From Cirrosporium novae-zelandiae (Eukaryota), in NCBI GenBank assembly GCA_026023565.1, contig JAPETS010000002.1, positions 930,001-994,000 on the forward strand: a stretch of DNA of 64,000 nt, in the 5' to 3' direction. Below the pieces are notes generated by a model. It searched no databases. It saw only the letters and a program-made list of their open reading frames with translations, and was not told the origin of the DNA. Shown one piece after another: positions 23,098 to 36,644 of the stretch. Both the position numbers and the translations under genes were made by a program. How positions within the stretch are numbered: position 1 is the stretch's first letter; each line of letters starts with the position of its first letter.

Positions 23098-26000
23098 GAC
23101 GAATTAACTAATAATAAAGAACGTCCAACCAGGCCTAGCTGTTGGTGGTAGGGGGGGAGGGGGGATTAGGGGGCGTTAGGGGGGGGGGGGGGATGGTTGA
23201 TGCTATCGTGACAACAGGCGGGGGTTATTCTGATTGGTAAGTTTTATTTTAAAAACAGCTATCGGCCTATTCCAGTCGTCACTCCGGTACCTTCAATAAT
23301 CCGTTGTTGTGCATTCATTTCCCTTCATAAGTACGACATCTTTCGTCAGGATTTTATGCTAAAGTCAGAAATGGGGCTCTGCGAGAGATGATGATTGATG
23401 GTCAACATGGTGGTGACCAACCCACCCTTAATCATCTCCAAATGGTCTAAATTATCGAGGACAATACAAATAATGGATGCAAGTATGTGTTCCTGTGACC
23501 CCTCCCAAAAGCATTTCACAGCGAAAAGGACCCCACCATCATCTCAAATCTCACTTCTCTATTTGTTTCCGACTTCACCATCGGCCGCAGTCGACTAAAC
23601 GTCACATCGCTTCCTTCAGCTTAATTATTACTGTGGTACCGTTTCCTAGTTAACTTTTTCTCTGAACCAAGCCAGACCCGCCAATTCCGCCAAACACCCC
23701 ATGACTCCCAAAATCCACCACCAATTGGATTTCTCAACGCATTTCTTTCCCATGGCGCAGACTTCGATCCAGGCCCTAGTGACTACAGAATAGCCACAAT
23801 AGCCGGCTTCATGTCGTGACGGTACGCAGTTGCAATATCTACTAACTACCACGCACGATCATTATGATTATCTCTAGTTTCAAATTTCTATTGAATTTGT
23901 TGATGATTCCATGAGATTTCTTGGTTTTGGTTGTATTCTCATAATCCCAAGGCTTGGCTAGCTATGCATAGCCACCAGAAAATAGTACTACCAACGAAAA
24001 ATACCGTGGGCATTAAAACTAAACCCGTCTGAATAATCAAACAAATCTGGATCTCCAGCAATCTTGTCCTTAATGCTCCGAATTGCATAAATTAGTCCCT
24101 TTGTTATTCCTGTGAACCGAACGACGTCGATTTTGGCGAATAAGGATAGCATTGAAAATATTTTCTCTTGATATACTTTCTTAGCGGTAGCTATCGGCAC
24201 CTAATTTCAAGAGATGACGCTCTAGTAACTATAAGACTTCCCGCATCCTGCTAGTCATCCTTAGCCGTACATTAAACCATAATTTGATATCGCTGCTCCA
24301 ATATAACGTATATCTTGGTCAACACTGAACAAATATTTTCAATCTGCTGATCATTCGCGTCCTGCATGAAACTCGTGTATTTCAGCCAACAACATGCAAA
24401 CAGGGAAGGAGTTTTGGAAGAATACACAGCATCAACGTGGTAGTTTGACTGCCCCTGTCAACTGTAAGCGATTTGTTGCTATCCTTATTTGATAGCCATG
24501 AATTTCTGCCCTACACTTTGACGGGCCGAACCTAACATTCTGTCGGCATGCCGATGGTAGCATGAAGCTCCTGGTACCGAGCTACCCTTATGAAATGGGT
24601 AGCATCAAGGTCATAGCGCTTCTCATCTACCTTTGAGAGGTTTCGTATTCCCTGAGATTAACTCTGCAAGAGTCAATGGATTTTTCTCCTAGCTACAAAC
24701 GTGGTGGATATCTCATCAACGTGGGAATAATCTCAACTATCCATCAACCGTCTGTCGACTATTGCAGGCAGTAATGTGACTTGACACAACAGGCAATAAT
24801 GAGTCTTCTCCCGACTAGAGTTCTGATCAGGCATATATCCTAGGGCAATACACGGAATGATGCATCAATCACTTAACATCGAAATTTTTAATCTGCAGTT
24901 ATGACGAACAAATCATGTAGTTCAAAACTCTTTTCGCATCCACCGGAGATGCATCTATCCTCTCGCCACTCCACCCAAATGGGTTACTAAAGAATTCTTA
25001 GCTTCATTCCTTCAAGCGCTCAATGGTCCGTTCAATTTCTTATCTCCCTAAGCTGCGGCGGGCCACTCGACCTTTTACATCTGGATATTCTCAAACCTAG
25101 CTGGGCTTGCGAGTGATTTGGCGCTAGTATATCGACACGATTTTGAGCTGCTGCCTCGTATACGTTTTATCCGCTAATAACAGCCATTTGTTGCAAGGTC
25201 CTTGTTCTCGGCGTCTTGAATCGGCATGATATTCAATCCTCAAGAATCAGCATTTAGACGTAATAGTGGAAACCCTATCATTCAATTTCAATATTATTAG
25301 GAAATAGGGAGCTACCATCTGTATCACCATGGTAGCAACGTCCGTCCTCATATCTAAAGTTTAAAGCGTGAGGTTTAGTGGTATAGTATAAACAGACACA
25401 GCGCCTTTCAATGCAGATGGCTTGTGGCCGAAACCCGAAACTGTAACCGGACAAGAGTAGTAACTGGCTACTACTTGGATGGAAAACAATCCGATGTTAG
25501 AAGTGTGAATTTAGGTAGGCTAAATTGATTCTTGTTTCCATTTTGGTTGGTAAATGGATGGATGGCATTCTGGAAAGAAATGTAAATTTTGACTGTTTTC
25601 AATTTGACATGTGAATGATACCAAAGTGTTCCGAGTGGCTAGCCAGCCTAAAAGACTACTTACCACTAGGTACACATCAACCTCATTCCTCATTGAACCT
25701 TCAACTTCTGAGCTGAGTCTCTGGTCTTGAATTTTTTATTCGATAAATAATTTGCCGTTTTCATATTTTGGTCATCGGGGTTCCCTATCTACCCAACGCA
25801 AAATGCTTGGCAGCCAGCACATCATTTCTGTCAAGGTATATCGAGTACATCAGCTAGTGAAATAAATATCTAGTTTCATATTGGTTGCTAGAAGAGAATC
25901 GACTTCTCGTATATGAACATCCATGTGGCTGAAGGGAAATTATTCATATATGACTGTGCTTGCTGCGAATACTTGGGTGACAATGGTTTTGCCCAGTGCT

Positions 26001-28294
26001 GATGCTGATTAGCAGTGGATTCTGTTTAGTGATTGGATATGGCTCATACTCACAAGGCACATAGATAGAAAATGTCCTACATTTCATCGCAAGCCATGCC
26101 CACCATGTTGAGTAACTGCCCCTGTTAAAATATGCGATTTTTTACAATCTTTGGTTCGACAACCTCAACATTTCCTCATGCACTCGATTTGCTTCCCTTG
26201 ACCTGGTAACCAAGTAGGGTTCCTATCCAGACGGCCTTTTTACTGCTTAACTGTGACTCTCATTTGCCTGTGAGGAGGGCTTCATTTTTTGATATTGACT
26301 TTTGATATTGACAATAGCTAACGTCACCATTCTCCATTAGCGCTTGTCTCGACCCAATCCTATCCGAGAAAATAGAGATTTCCTTAATAGCAACCCAACT
26401 GTGAATGAACAATGGACAGAAGCTAGGAGCTGGAAGGTTTGACAACAGCTCAACACTCGGATCCTGAACTCTTGTTATGGAGGCCTCTTGGATAGGCCGA
26501 TAACCAGGTGATACGACGACGACAGCCCATCATTAACGAATCCCGAGAAGGAGATATTCGATGAAAACTCGTTCAACCACCTTTTCACCGGATCAGTCAT
26601 GGTTGCTTTATACACGGGTCTCAAAGAGGCTTGGAATATGGTATTTCCTGGTAGTATCATGAACATGGTTGATATCTGTCGAGATGGGACTGCGATGAAA
26701 CGAAGCCATCTCCGAGTGAACCCGATGATAGAAGACCATGTCTGTATTATGTTGGCGTTCAAGCTAATTAGATAGAGTGGGAGAGACTCTTTGCATACAA
26801 GAATATTTCTCCGGGGACATGAAACTATCCAAAACACATACAGACATAAAAAAATGAATTGTCACCAACTATCCAAAAATGGAACACGAACTATTTGGAT
26901 AATTGTGCAGGCCAAGAAGAAGCTAGAAGACCCTTCCAGCAAATCCAAACATACTGCCAGATGTGGAACATGCGTTATAGTTATACCATAACCTAGTAAG
27001 TGCTTTTTATTGTTCTTGTTAAAAGGGACGAAATGCGTGATACCTAAAGTGTGAACAACCCTCTTCTACAGAGCACAGCTCGAGTTCCACCTATGTTGTC
27101 TTCAAGACAATTGTTTCACACTCACACCACGAGAAGTAGTACTGTACTGTACATCAAGCTACAACAATTCGTTCTCGACTAACAAATGAGGACATATCGA
27201 ATCCTCCACAATCCCCTGGGCAGGACCACGCAAAGACAACATGACCGTAAACCTCGACCTGTGGTTCATTCACATGATCGCCAGAGTTTCTAAAACCGAC
27301 AAATCTACTAGAACATGATATTCCTTTAGTACACAGCCAACTACAAGATAGCCCGCTCTACTATAGCAGCACGACGAATTGGCATTATATTTCTATTGGT
27401 AAATAATTCTCGAATTAGGAGATATTAACCAAAAGATCAGGTGGTCGCAGGATCGTCGAACCAAGGTGGGATGGGAGAGGGAATTTCCAACAAAAGCAAT
27501 AGTCCCTTCTCAAGCGCAGCGAGATTTTTACCCCTAACCGAAATCCCCCTACTTAGGCCTAACTAACCCAGTTCCCCTGGCGATCTTAGAAGGAGCCCTC
27601 CCTCTGCCATCTCCGTCTCCGGCGTAGAGAAACAGTAGTTGGAGGGCCTATATACCATCCAGACGGTAGGCAGAAAAAAATATCTCGTTCTTTCCTATCC
27701 TCAAAGGCTGAATTGAAATTCTGCCTAAAGGCCCCTGAACCACCACAGAATACGCGAAGGGCTATGGAGATCTACTGTACTCGGTAGATTTTCGGAAAAG
27801 TATCCGAGTCTCTTGCTCCCATGCCCCCTCTCTCTCTCCTTTTCCACTACTGTACTGTACATGTACTATACAATCACATTCTCTCCTTCTCCTTTCCTTC
27901 TCTCTAACAACATATGTTTCAACATCCATTCAAACAAACCACCCTTCCTAACAAACTTGATTCTTACAATACATCCAGAATGAAAAAAAAAATCTACCAT
28001 CTCACCAATTCTTCCCTTCCCTTCCCCCCCGCCGGAGCCTCCCTTTTGTTTCATTTCAACGACCTACTGTAATCACGACTTTTGGATCTCGATGAGATAC
28101 ATACCTCCTCACGGCTTCCACGGACCACGGTTCCCATTGTCAGATGCCATAAATACCAAATACTAGGTTGGGTTCGATTCCCAAGAGCGTTAATTAGTGA
28201 TTGGTCACACTGGTATCAGTGTTCTTCTCCCACAAACAAAAACAAAAAAAGAAGCCATTCACACCCTCTACCCACCTCACACAGTACTCAAAAT

Positions 28295-28719
28295 CCCCCA
28301 TCGTCATTAATTAACCTCTCAGGCGTTAATTAGGGCTGCCCTCAACCAACTTAAATTACTCCCCCCCCAACGAAGATGCAAATGTATACCATCTTCTTCA
28401 ACTTAAAGCCAGGTAGATAATAATAATATTTATATACCATAAATCATACTGCCACCACAACTATAATTCCCTATTACTTCTCCCATCCCCTAAAAGAAAA
28501 AAACCCCAGACCATAAATTCACACACATAGACTATATACCCTAGCACATATTTATCCCATCCCATTATAAAACCATCCCCCCCCCCCCCCTCCAAAAAAA
28601 TCACCTACCCATCCACCTACCCAAAACCCGAAACCCCCATCGTCATTAATTAGCCTTTTTACCTCTCGGGCGTTAGTTAGTTAGGGCTGCCCTCAACCTC
28701 AACCTCAACCAACTTAAAT
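28295..28719. repeat. Degenerate direct repeat pair (28295-28356 and 28634-28719)
   Basis: Both copies contain CCCCCATCGTCATTAATTA..ACCTCTC.GGCGTTA..TTAGGGCTGCCCTCAACC..AACTTAAAT. Confidence 0.9.
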
Positions 28720-29555
28720 AATGCCCCCCCTTCTCCCCTCGACCCAAAGTCCTAATGAACAACCCAATAATGAAAATACAAACGTATATCAACACTTCTA
28801 CAATTTATTTGTTTATATACCGTAGACCCTACCACCACCACCCATCTCTCATCCCAGCAAACCAAACTTTTATTTTTCTTTCTATTTATATTTACAATCT
28901 ATACAATTTCCTATACCATTCCATCCATCTAGTTCAAAATTAAACCTGAATTTTTTTTTTCTTTTTTTTTTTATCGAATCGAATGGTCGTTTTTGAGTAA
29001 GTTTGGGCTGTTTGTTGATTGGGGGAGAATGGGGGGGGGGAGAGGAGAGAAGAGGGGAGGAGAGGAGATACCACTATTACTACTACTATTTACTATCATC
29101 TGGATTATGAGTTCACATATATACTGTAGACCACCATCCCATCACCATCACTACCTCCACCCCCGAAAAACAAAAGCTCAACCCTATAGAAATCTATAGA
29201 TATAGCCCTCACTGACTAATTAAATAAATAAATACTATACAACCCTACTACCACCACCACCACAACCACAACCACTCACAACCACACTATTACTTATCCC
29301 TCATCCCCCTCTCCTACTAAATTCCATATTATATCATCCTCAACATAACAACAATATACAAATAAGTAAATTAATAACTCAAGTAACCCAGTCAATCACC
29401 TTTTAGATAACCTCAATATTTCATAACCGTTTAACCCCCCCCCCCCTCCCAAAAAAAACCTCTCAACCTTATAAAAAGCCTATAGAAATTTATAAGATAG
29501 ATATATGGCTCTAACTGACTCTAACTGAATTGAATTGAATTTTATATAATCGTAT

Positions 29556-29556
<1 letters not shown>

Positions 29557-29587
<31 letters not shown>
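29557..29587. repeat. (AGT)10 microsatellite
   Basis: Directly visible. Confidence 0.95.
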
Positions 29588-29875
29588 AGCCTACAGCAGA
29601 TATCTTTCCAAAGAAAAAGAATTTCCCATTTTATAGTAGACCTAGTTAGTTAGTCCCCCATTTCCAGTCCTAACTCTTCTTCTCCTTCCTTCCCCCTTCC
29701 TATTTAGCAATCCACTCACTAAAACACCAATTCACCCATCTAACCCACCCACTCACTCCCCACCCCCACCATTATAAACTCATCCCATCCCATCCTATCC
29801 CATCCTCCCAACTTCTATATACTTTGACCAAATGTTATACTCCGTAGACCCCCTTCAAAGGATTTCCCATTCTAG

Positions 29876-29942
29876 TAGTCCCAGTCCCAGTCCCAGTCCC
29901 AGTCCCAGTCCCAGTCCTAGTCCTAGTCCCAGCCCCAGCCCC
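29876..29942. repeat. (CCCAGT)n / (CCTAGT) / (CCCAGC) hexamer repeat
   Basis: Directly visible. Confidence 0.9.
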
Positions 29943-30662
29943 AACTCTTCTCCTTCCCATTAGCATCCACCCACTCCCTCCCTCCCTTTCCCACATCCAC
30001 ATCCACATCCATATCTATCCAATCCCAGAATAAATCCCTAACCAACCTCAACACCCCCCCGCCTCACTTGTCCTACGGAAGGACATGTTCGTGTCTGGAG
30101 AGAGTATGGATTAGTTCACCTATTTCTTCGCTGAGGTCGACGCATGTAGCTAGTCTATGACTAACTACTATTACCATTAGTGGTGCTGTTGCTGTTGCTG
30201 ATTCCTCGGGTTCACACCTCATCGATGTCTAGTAATCTAGTAATCTATTTTATGCAGCTTCGGGGAGGGGAATCGGGAGGAGAACGGAGGGCGAGCTTCT
30301 TATCTCATCTTATTTTTACCAAGGTAGGACATGTAATATCTTCAACTTCCCTTTCTATTATTTACTTTCTTCTTTCTTTAGAATAAAATAGAGAATTTTT
30401 TTTAAAAAGAAAGTAGTTCATTATTCATTATTTATTGTTTCTTTTTTTTGAATATCCAAACTTTTTCATTTCAAGATATACCATATCTATATATATTTCC
30501 TATTCAAACAAACACAGAATTACCCAGCAATATTTACTTACTTGAACCAACAATGTACTGGCTGGCCCTCTATCAGACAAAGCCAACCCAGGATCAACAC
30601 AAACGAAATCATCTGCCATGTTTACAGATCATAATCGCAAGCCATCCAAAGCACCACATCGC

Positions 30663-31858
30663 TCATTCCTTGGGACTGGATTCAGTAGCCACAGACGGTT
30701 TGTGATACGTTCTCCTTTTTAGTCTCAACTTCGGCGCCGCCCAGCGCCCCGCCTGGATAGTCCCATCCTTGTTCACCTTCCAACTCTCCACGAAAGCCCC
30801 CGGATGGGTGTCGTAAGCATGATCATCATAAGAGGTCCATAGAGGGTGCGGCCACGTTTTTACGCATCCCAAATCCACCAGGCGGGAGCCCCTGTAATTA
30901 TCGGGAGAGGGATCCTCGTCGTGCATTCGGGCGCACTTTGCAATTTCAAGTGTTTCTATGATGTGTGGGAGGTCGGTGATTCGCGTGAGTTCTGGCATGT
31001 AGCGTTTGACAATGGCCCACCGTGTTAGGTTGACGGTGTCTTTACTGTCGAGATCGGGATCGTTATCTACGTAAACGAGCTTTTTGACAATGGTGAATTG
31101 CTCGTCTGTCAATTTCATCCAGCCGTAGCATTCAACAGCCCAATCTCCGTTCTCGTGCAAATCATCCAGGCGCGCGAATGCTCTGCATTCATTTACAAAT
31201 GGGGTTAGGCCGTATATCTTACCTGTATCTACTTGCCAGTAACTTAAATAATAGGTATTTTTAAACTAATTATTGTCATGCTATTAGAATAAACCTTTTT
31301 TGAATTGTCATGGTGAGGCGAAGAAGGCTTACTTACCACTTTCAAAGCATATTTCTTCCCCTCAAAGATGGCGGCAAAAACAATACCTTGCTCTCCGTGA
31401 CCGAGGTATTCAATGCTTGTTATCTCCTTGTCGTAATGCAGAAAGCGGCGCAATTTTGGATCATAAAGATTTCCATCGGAGGGTCCATCGAGAATTTTTT
31501 CGGTAAGATATATACCAATCATAGTATCAGTCATCAGTGCTGGTTGGTTACTGCTCTTCGCCACTTCCAATTTGGCAGAAGGAACGCATCTGGAAGATTC
31601 CGCGTCCTTCATATCATCATCTTCACTTGAGGGTTCTCTATTTTCCACGCCCCCCGTGGTCATAATGGAAATAAGATCCACCCCATCAAAAAACTCTTCT
31701 GCATCTTCCAAAAAAGTCGCAACCTCACTGCTCTTGCTTGTCTCACTTTGTTCTTCGACATCTTTGGCAACACTGTGGGTACATGTACAAGTTATACTAG
31801 CCTGATGAGGGGTGGCGGCACCAGTATTAATCTCCATGGCGTTATAAGTATTGGGCAT
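30663..31858 (-). CDS. Atypical fungal protein-kinase-like protein (the family usually annotated 'FTA2 domain')
   Basis: After one intron (~31336-31266) the frame is continuous: PKLRRF..YLGHGEQGIVF....GKKYALKV-FK...PFVNECRAFARL....WAVECYGW...WAIVK...DPSPDNYRGSRLVDLGCVKTWPH. Confidence 0.78.
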
Positions 31859-32904
31859 TAAGATAAAAGAAAAGGTATCAGCAAGGATTTCGTACGTTTC
31901 TGGGCCGATGCATTGCGTTAATGCGGGTTTTATAGGGTGGATTGGGAGGGTGGAAAGGAAATGAGAGCAAGAAAAGCCAGATTAAGGAGAGTAGGAGTAA
32001 GGAAAGTAGGAGGAAGGAAAGTAAGGGTAGAGAAAGTGAGAGTTGTTCCTGTAACATGACTATAGAAATGGCAAAGGCCTTGGGTCTTTTACAATGGGAA
32101 AGGAAGGCGCGAAAAGATGGATATCTGTGTTGCTGTGAGTTTCACGGTGCAGATAAACGGACTCTGTATGATGGCGCGCTAGATCTCGCCTAAACACGTG
32201 ACTATAAATTAACTCTACTTTGAAAGTAGTCTAGTGTGATTTTTAACAGGGGTATTATGATATTCCGGAGCATTACGTGCCAAGCCTCGATAGTATAGAT
32301 AGCATATTTTTCATAGATTTACTTTCGACAGGTACCAAGTAGATGTTTAAAATAACTTTTACCTTATATAAATATTTATAATATAAATTATCTAAATTAT
32401 AATACTTATAGTTTTTTGGCGGTTTTTTTTTGTTTACGTACAGTAACCGGCAAAATAAGTCCAATGTAGGTGAGGATAATGTCTTTCATGTTTACCCGTC
32501 TCAAGTAATCCTATCCCTACACAAATAACAGTAAACACGACAGTAATTTCTCCTCATAGTCATCATGAGCAGCTCGTGGCAGTTAATAAGATATTACATC
32601 GGAACAACACAGATAGACAATTAATTGCAAATTATCCCAGATGCCCAAGGAAAGTTCAAAAGAGGTATTTTCAAGTACATCTACCTAGTATCTATCGAAT
32701 CTAGACATGTATCACCTCCGGGTAATTTCCCATCAAGATTTCTTAGTACCACCATTTTTTCCCATAGCCAGTCATCCAATTCATGCCCATTTTCCGAACC
32801 TGCAACCGTCTCTAACCCAACATTGCATCATCACGGCATCATCGCCGCTTAATTTTCGTTGGCAGCAATTGAATCCCTCTACTCGTAAATATAGTAAGAG
32901 GAAC

Positions 32905-34417
32905 TTAGTCAAAAGTAATAGCTGCCTTGATAGCAGTCTTATTCTTCATCGATTCCAAGCACTCTGCCCATTGTTCAAGTTTGAATGTCTTGTTAACAAT
33001 GCCAGCAACCTTCACCTTACCGCTGTCGAGGTAATCGATGGCAGCAGGGAACTTGTAGGTTTCACTGAAGGAACCAAGGATGGTGATTTCATCACCGACT
33101 AGTTGGAAATATTAGCAAACACATATTAAATCATGAAGGGTTAACCTTACAGATCTTGCTTGGTGGCCAGGTAACACGGGCAGCACTGGAGTAGACACCG
33201 TAAACTATGAGCTTACCCCCGCGTCTGCAATAGTTGATGGCGTCCTCAAGAATCTTAACGCTACCAGTAGCTTCAACGACAATATCAAAGCCATATGGGT
33301 TCTCCTTTTTGATCTGTTCGAATTGGGCCGAAGGGTCTTTGCGGGAAAGAGGAATATACACATCACCAGCGTCAAGGTTCTTTGCAAGGTTCATTTTCAG
33401 ACCCTCAGGAGCAGCAACAACAACATGGCAACCACCAGTTTGTTTCAACATCTGTGCAAGTACGAGACCAGTTGGGCCGGCACCAAGTAGGAGCACCGAA
33501 GAACCCATCTTGGGGGCAATCTTGTCAATACCATGAGCAGCGCAAGAAGCAGGTTCGAGGAGGGTGGCATCGACATCAGAAAGGTTCTTGATCCTGAAGA
33601 CCTTGCCAGCTGGGTAGGCGCAGTATTCAGCGAAGCCACCATCCATTGTCACACCATGAGCCTCAAAGTGCTCGCAAAGAAGAGTTTCACCACGACGGCA
33701 ATAGAAGCACTCGCCGCAAAGTTCCGAGTTGTCAGCGACAACACGCTCGCCAATTTTGAAGTCTTTGACATCCTTGCCAATGGCAGCGACAAGACCAACA
33801 GTTTCGTGACCTTTCAATTTGAAGTTAGCAACCAGATATTTCCATGAAGCACTAGGCTAGTAAAGGCTAGGTACCTGGGATCAGAGGGAACTATTCAGTT
33901 GAATTAAGTTAGCTAATATTCAAGTAAGGTGATAGGATCAATTGGTCCAGCAAATTTTCTACATTCACCATTGATCAAATATATCAAAAGGGGAAGAAAA
34001 TAATGGGGATAATCGAACCTTGGCAATGAATTCACCCTCATGGATATGAAGGTCGGTGCCACAGACACCGCATGCCTTGACTTTGATCTACGAGGATGGT
34101 TCTTAGTGACTCTGACGTGATGGTAGGAAGTGCTTATCAAGCGGATTACTGCATACCAGGACATCATTGTCTCGAACCTTTGGGAGAGGGACTTGAACAA
34201 TGCCATATTCCTCTGGCTTAGAGTATCTGTGAATTGAAAAAAAAATAAGTTAGCTATGTCCGTACTTGAAAAAAATATAATTTTTTGAGAGCAAAGCTGC
34301 CACGTCAAGCTCTATTAAATGGGGGGAGTTGACGGGGTAAGCCGAATCGCGGGGCAATTGTGGAGTAGAAAAAGCCACCTACTTCAATGCTTTCATGGAC
34401 TTAGGAAGGTCAGCCAT
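32905..34417 (-). CDS. Zinc-dependent MDR polyol dehydrogenase (D-arabinitol/mannitol dehydrogenase-like)
   Basis: Multi-exon gene: [53 protein letters not shown], ending KAAITFD*. Confidence 0.88.
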
Positions 34418-34705
34418 TGTATAGGATTGTTGAGTAACTGTGTATAGAGGAAGATGAGTAGATTTGGGAATGTATAGGAGAAGTAGAGAAAGAAGAAGTG
34501 TTTGGAAGTTAATGTGAGAGGAAGAGGGAATGAAGACAAGAAATAGGAAGACAAATCGATGCAGGGAGCCCTCGGTAGCTTTAATTGTGAATGACAGTGC
34601 CGAAAGAAAAAGACCCCAACAGAAAGCGAGACAAAAGCCCATTTGCCCCACGTTCCCCCGGTAGCTAACACCTGTAGCACCGGTTAGCAAGAAATGAGGG
34701 CACCG

Positions 34706-34738
34706 TAGAGACCCCCTAGAGACCCCCTAGAGACCCCC
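34706..34738. promoter_or_regulatory. (TAGAGACCCCC)x3 tandem repeat containing STRE-like CCCCT motifs in a divergent promoter
   Basis: Three exact 11-bp units ~290 bp upstream of the dehydrogenase ATG. The repeat is certain; the regulatory role is inferred. Confidence 0.45.
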
Positions 34739-35136
34739 AGTTGTTCCAGTTATCTGAAGTTCTAAGCGTCATCTTGCAGCGGGATTCATTGACCCTTAGT
34801 TTAGCAAATGCCTAAATGCCAAAGTAGCGTATCATGAATTCATATAGACCATAATCGCTGGCGGAACCGGCCTTGAAAAGAAAAGAAAAGAAATTGTTAG
34901 TCTTCTATCATCATTTGAACAGGTGAGGTCAGTTGTGGATACATGATGAATTGTTATCGATAAAAGCATTTAATTAGCCAAACCAAGTCGGCCATGCCAA
35001 GCAGATCTTCGGTTTCCGGATATTGTTAGATAACTGTGTAATTATCTGATTTTCGTCAACCGAAACAACGGAATTGCTAGAACCGCACATCTGCATATAC
35101 ATACTTGGTTTTAATTCTCTTTTTAGAGACCATTGC

Positions 35137-36644
35137 ATGAGAATGCTCCAATGGAATCCCTTCAAGAATCCTATCGCTAATCCGTTGAAGAGCTTGACTT
35201 TGCTGTTCGTTTCCTGGAAACTAATACTCCTCCTCGTTACTTTCTTTAGTCCTGGGATCGGATACGACACGTCGACTACTCTTTTTCAAATCCCTGGGTT
35301 GGAGGATGACCAAGGTGAATTGCGACTGCTGCAACTTCATCATCCATTGCAAGCAAGCATCGTCAATAAATTATCTAGGTGGGATGCCATTTACTTTGTT
35401 AAAATCGCCCAGCGGGGTTATCTCTTCGAGCAGGAATGGGCATTTGGTTGGGGATTCACTCGTTTCATTGGTCTTTTATCATATGGTTAGTCCAATGCCT
35501 GGTAGGGATTGAAGCTAGAGCTGACCCAGTAGGCTTGAACTGGCTGGGCTTTGATGGAATCGCACACAGTGAAGCGACTATTGGCATTATAGTTTCCCAT
35601 ATCAGTCACTACCTCTCCGTTCTCGTGCTGTTTGGAATATCTAAATCCATATTTTCAAGGTCTAACATAAACAGTAAAGGCCTTGCCTTCACTGCAGCTT
35701 GTTTGCATATCATATCTCCAGCCGGCATCTTCCTCTCCGCCCCTTATATCGAGAGTATATTCTCCTTCTTTAGCTTCGCTGGGTATGCGCTCTATATTGA
35801 TAGTACCTTCAAGCACGAATCTTTGAAATATTTGGAAAGGGATCTAGAAGTTGTGGCGGCGGGCTTGTTGTTCGCTTTGTCAACACTACTTCGCAGTAAT
35901 GGGACTTTGAACGGTGCAATATTCTTATATGATGCTACCATTTCTGGTATTCAGCTTTTATCCTCTAAAAATCGGCTCCAGACTTTACGGAGACTGCTGG
36001 TCATCAGCTTTGCGGGCTGCATTATTGGGGCCGTAGCATGCTTTCCACAATTTCTGGCATATGTTGAATTTTGCAGACCTTCTGGTTCCAGGATTTGGTG
36101 TCAGCAAATGATACCGAGTATATATACTTTTGTCCAGAGATATTACTGGTAAGTACCTGAAAATCTAAATTCATTCTACTGAGCCTGATCACAACATGTA
36201 ACTAGGGATGTTGGATTATTTCGATACTGGAAACTTCCGAACCTACCGTTATTTCTACTTGCCGCTCCCATGATCACTATATTAAGTTATTCAGCCTTTT
36301 GGGCATGGAGAATTGACTCGGGAGATGGTTTGAAAGGACGAAATGATAAGGAAAGTATCTCTAATGTGTTCACGGATAGTACAACGGATATTTTTCGACG
36401 GCTTGCGATACCTCAGTTTGTCTTGACGGTCATGGCTCTTGCAACCTATCATGTCCAAATTATTACTCGAATCTCTTCGGCATATCCATTATGGTATTGG
36501 TGGCTTGCTTTGAGAATTACTGGTGAACCTGGCACTGCAGGAGCTTTTGGTGGTAAAAATGTAACAAGGCTGGTGGTTCAATGGATGGTTCTCTATGCTC
36601 TAATTCAGGGCGGACTTTTCTGTTCGTTCTTACCTCCTGCTTAA
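35137..36644 (+). CDS. GPI18: GPI mannosyltransferase 2 (PIG-V)
   Basis: SPGIGYDTST, RWDAIYF...AQRGYLFEQEWAF, ISPAGIFLSAPYIES, RSNG, IPSIYTFVQ..YW-DVG, HVQIITRISS, C-terminal FLPPA*; two introns. Confidence 0.93.

Noticed and set aside
26232..26245. U5 snRNA loop I-like GCCTTTTTAC
   Set aside because: Five Ts instead of four, and no surrounding U5 stem or Sm site.
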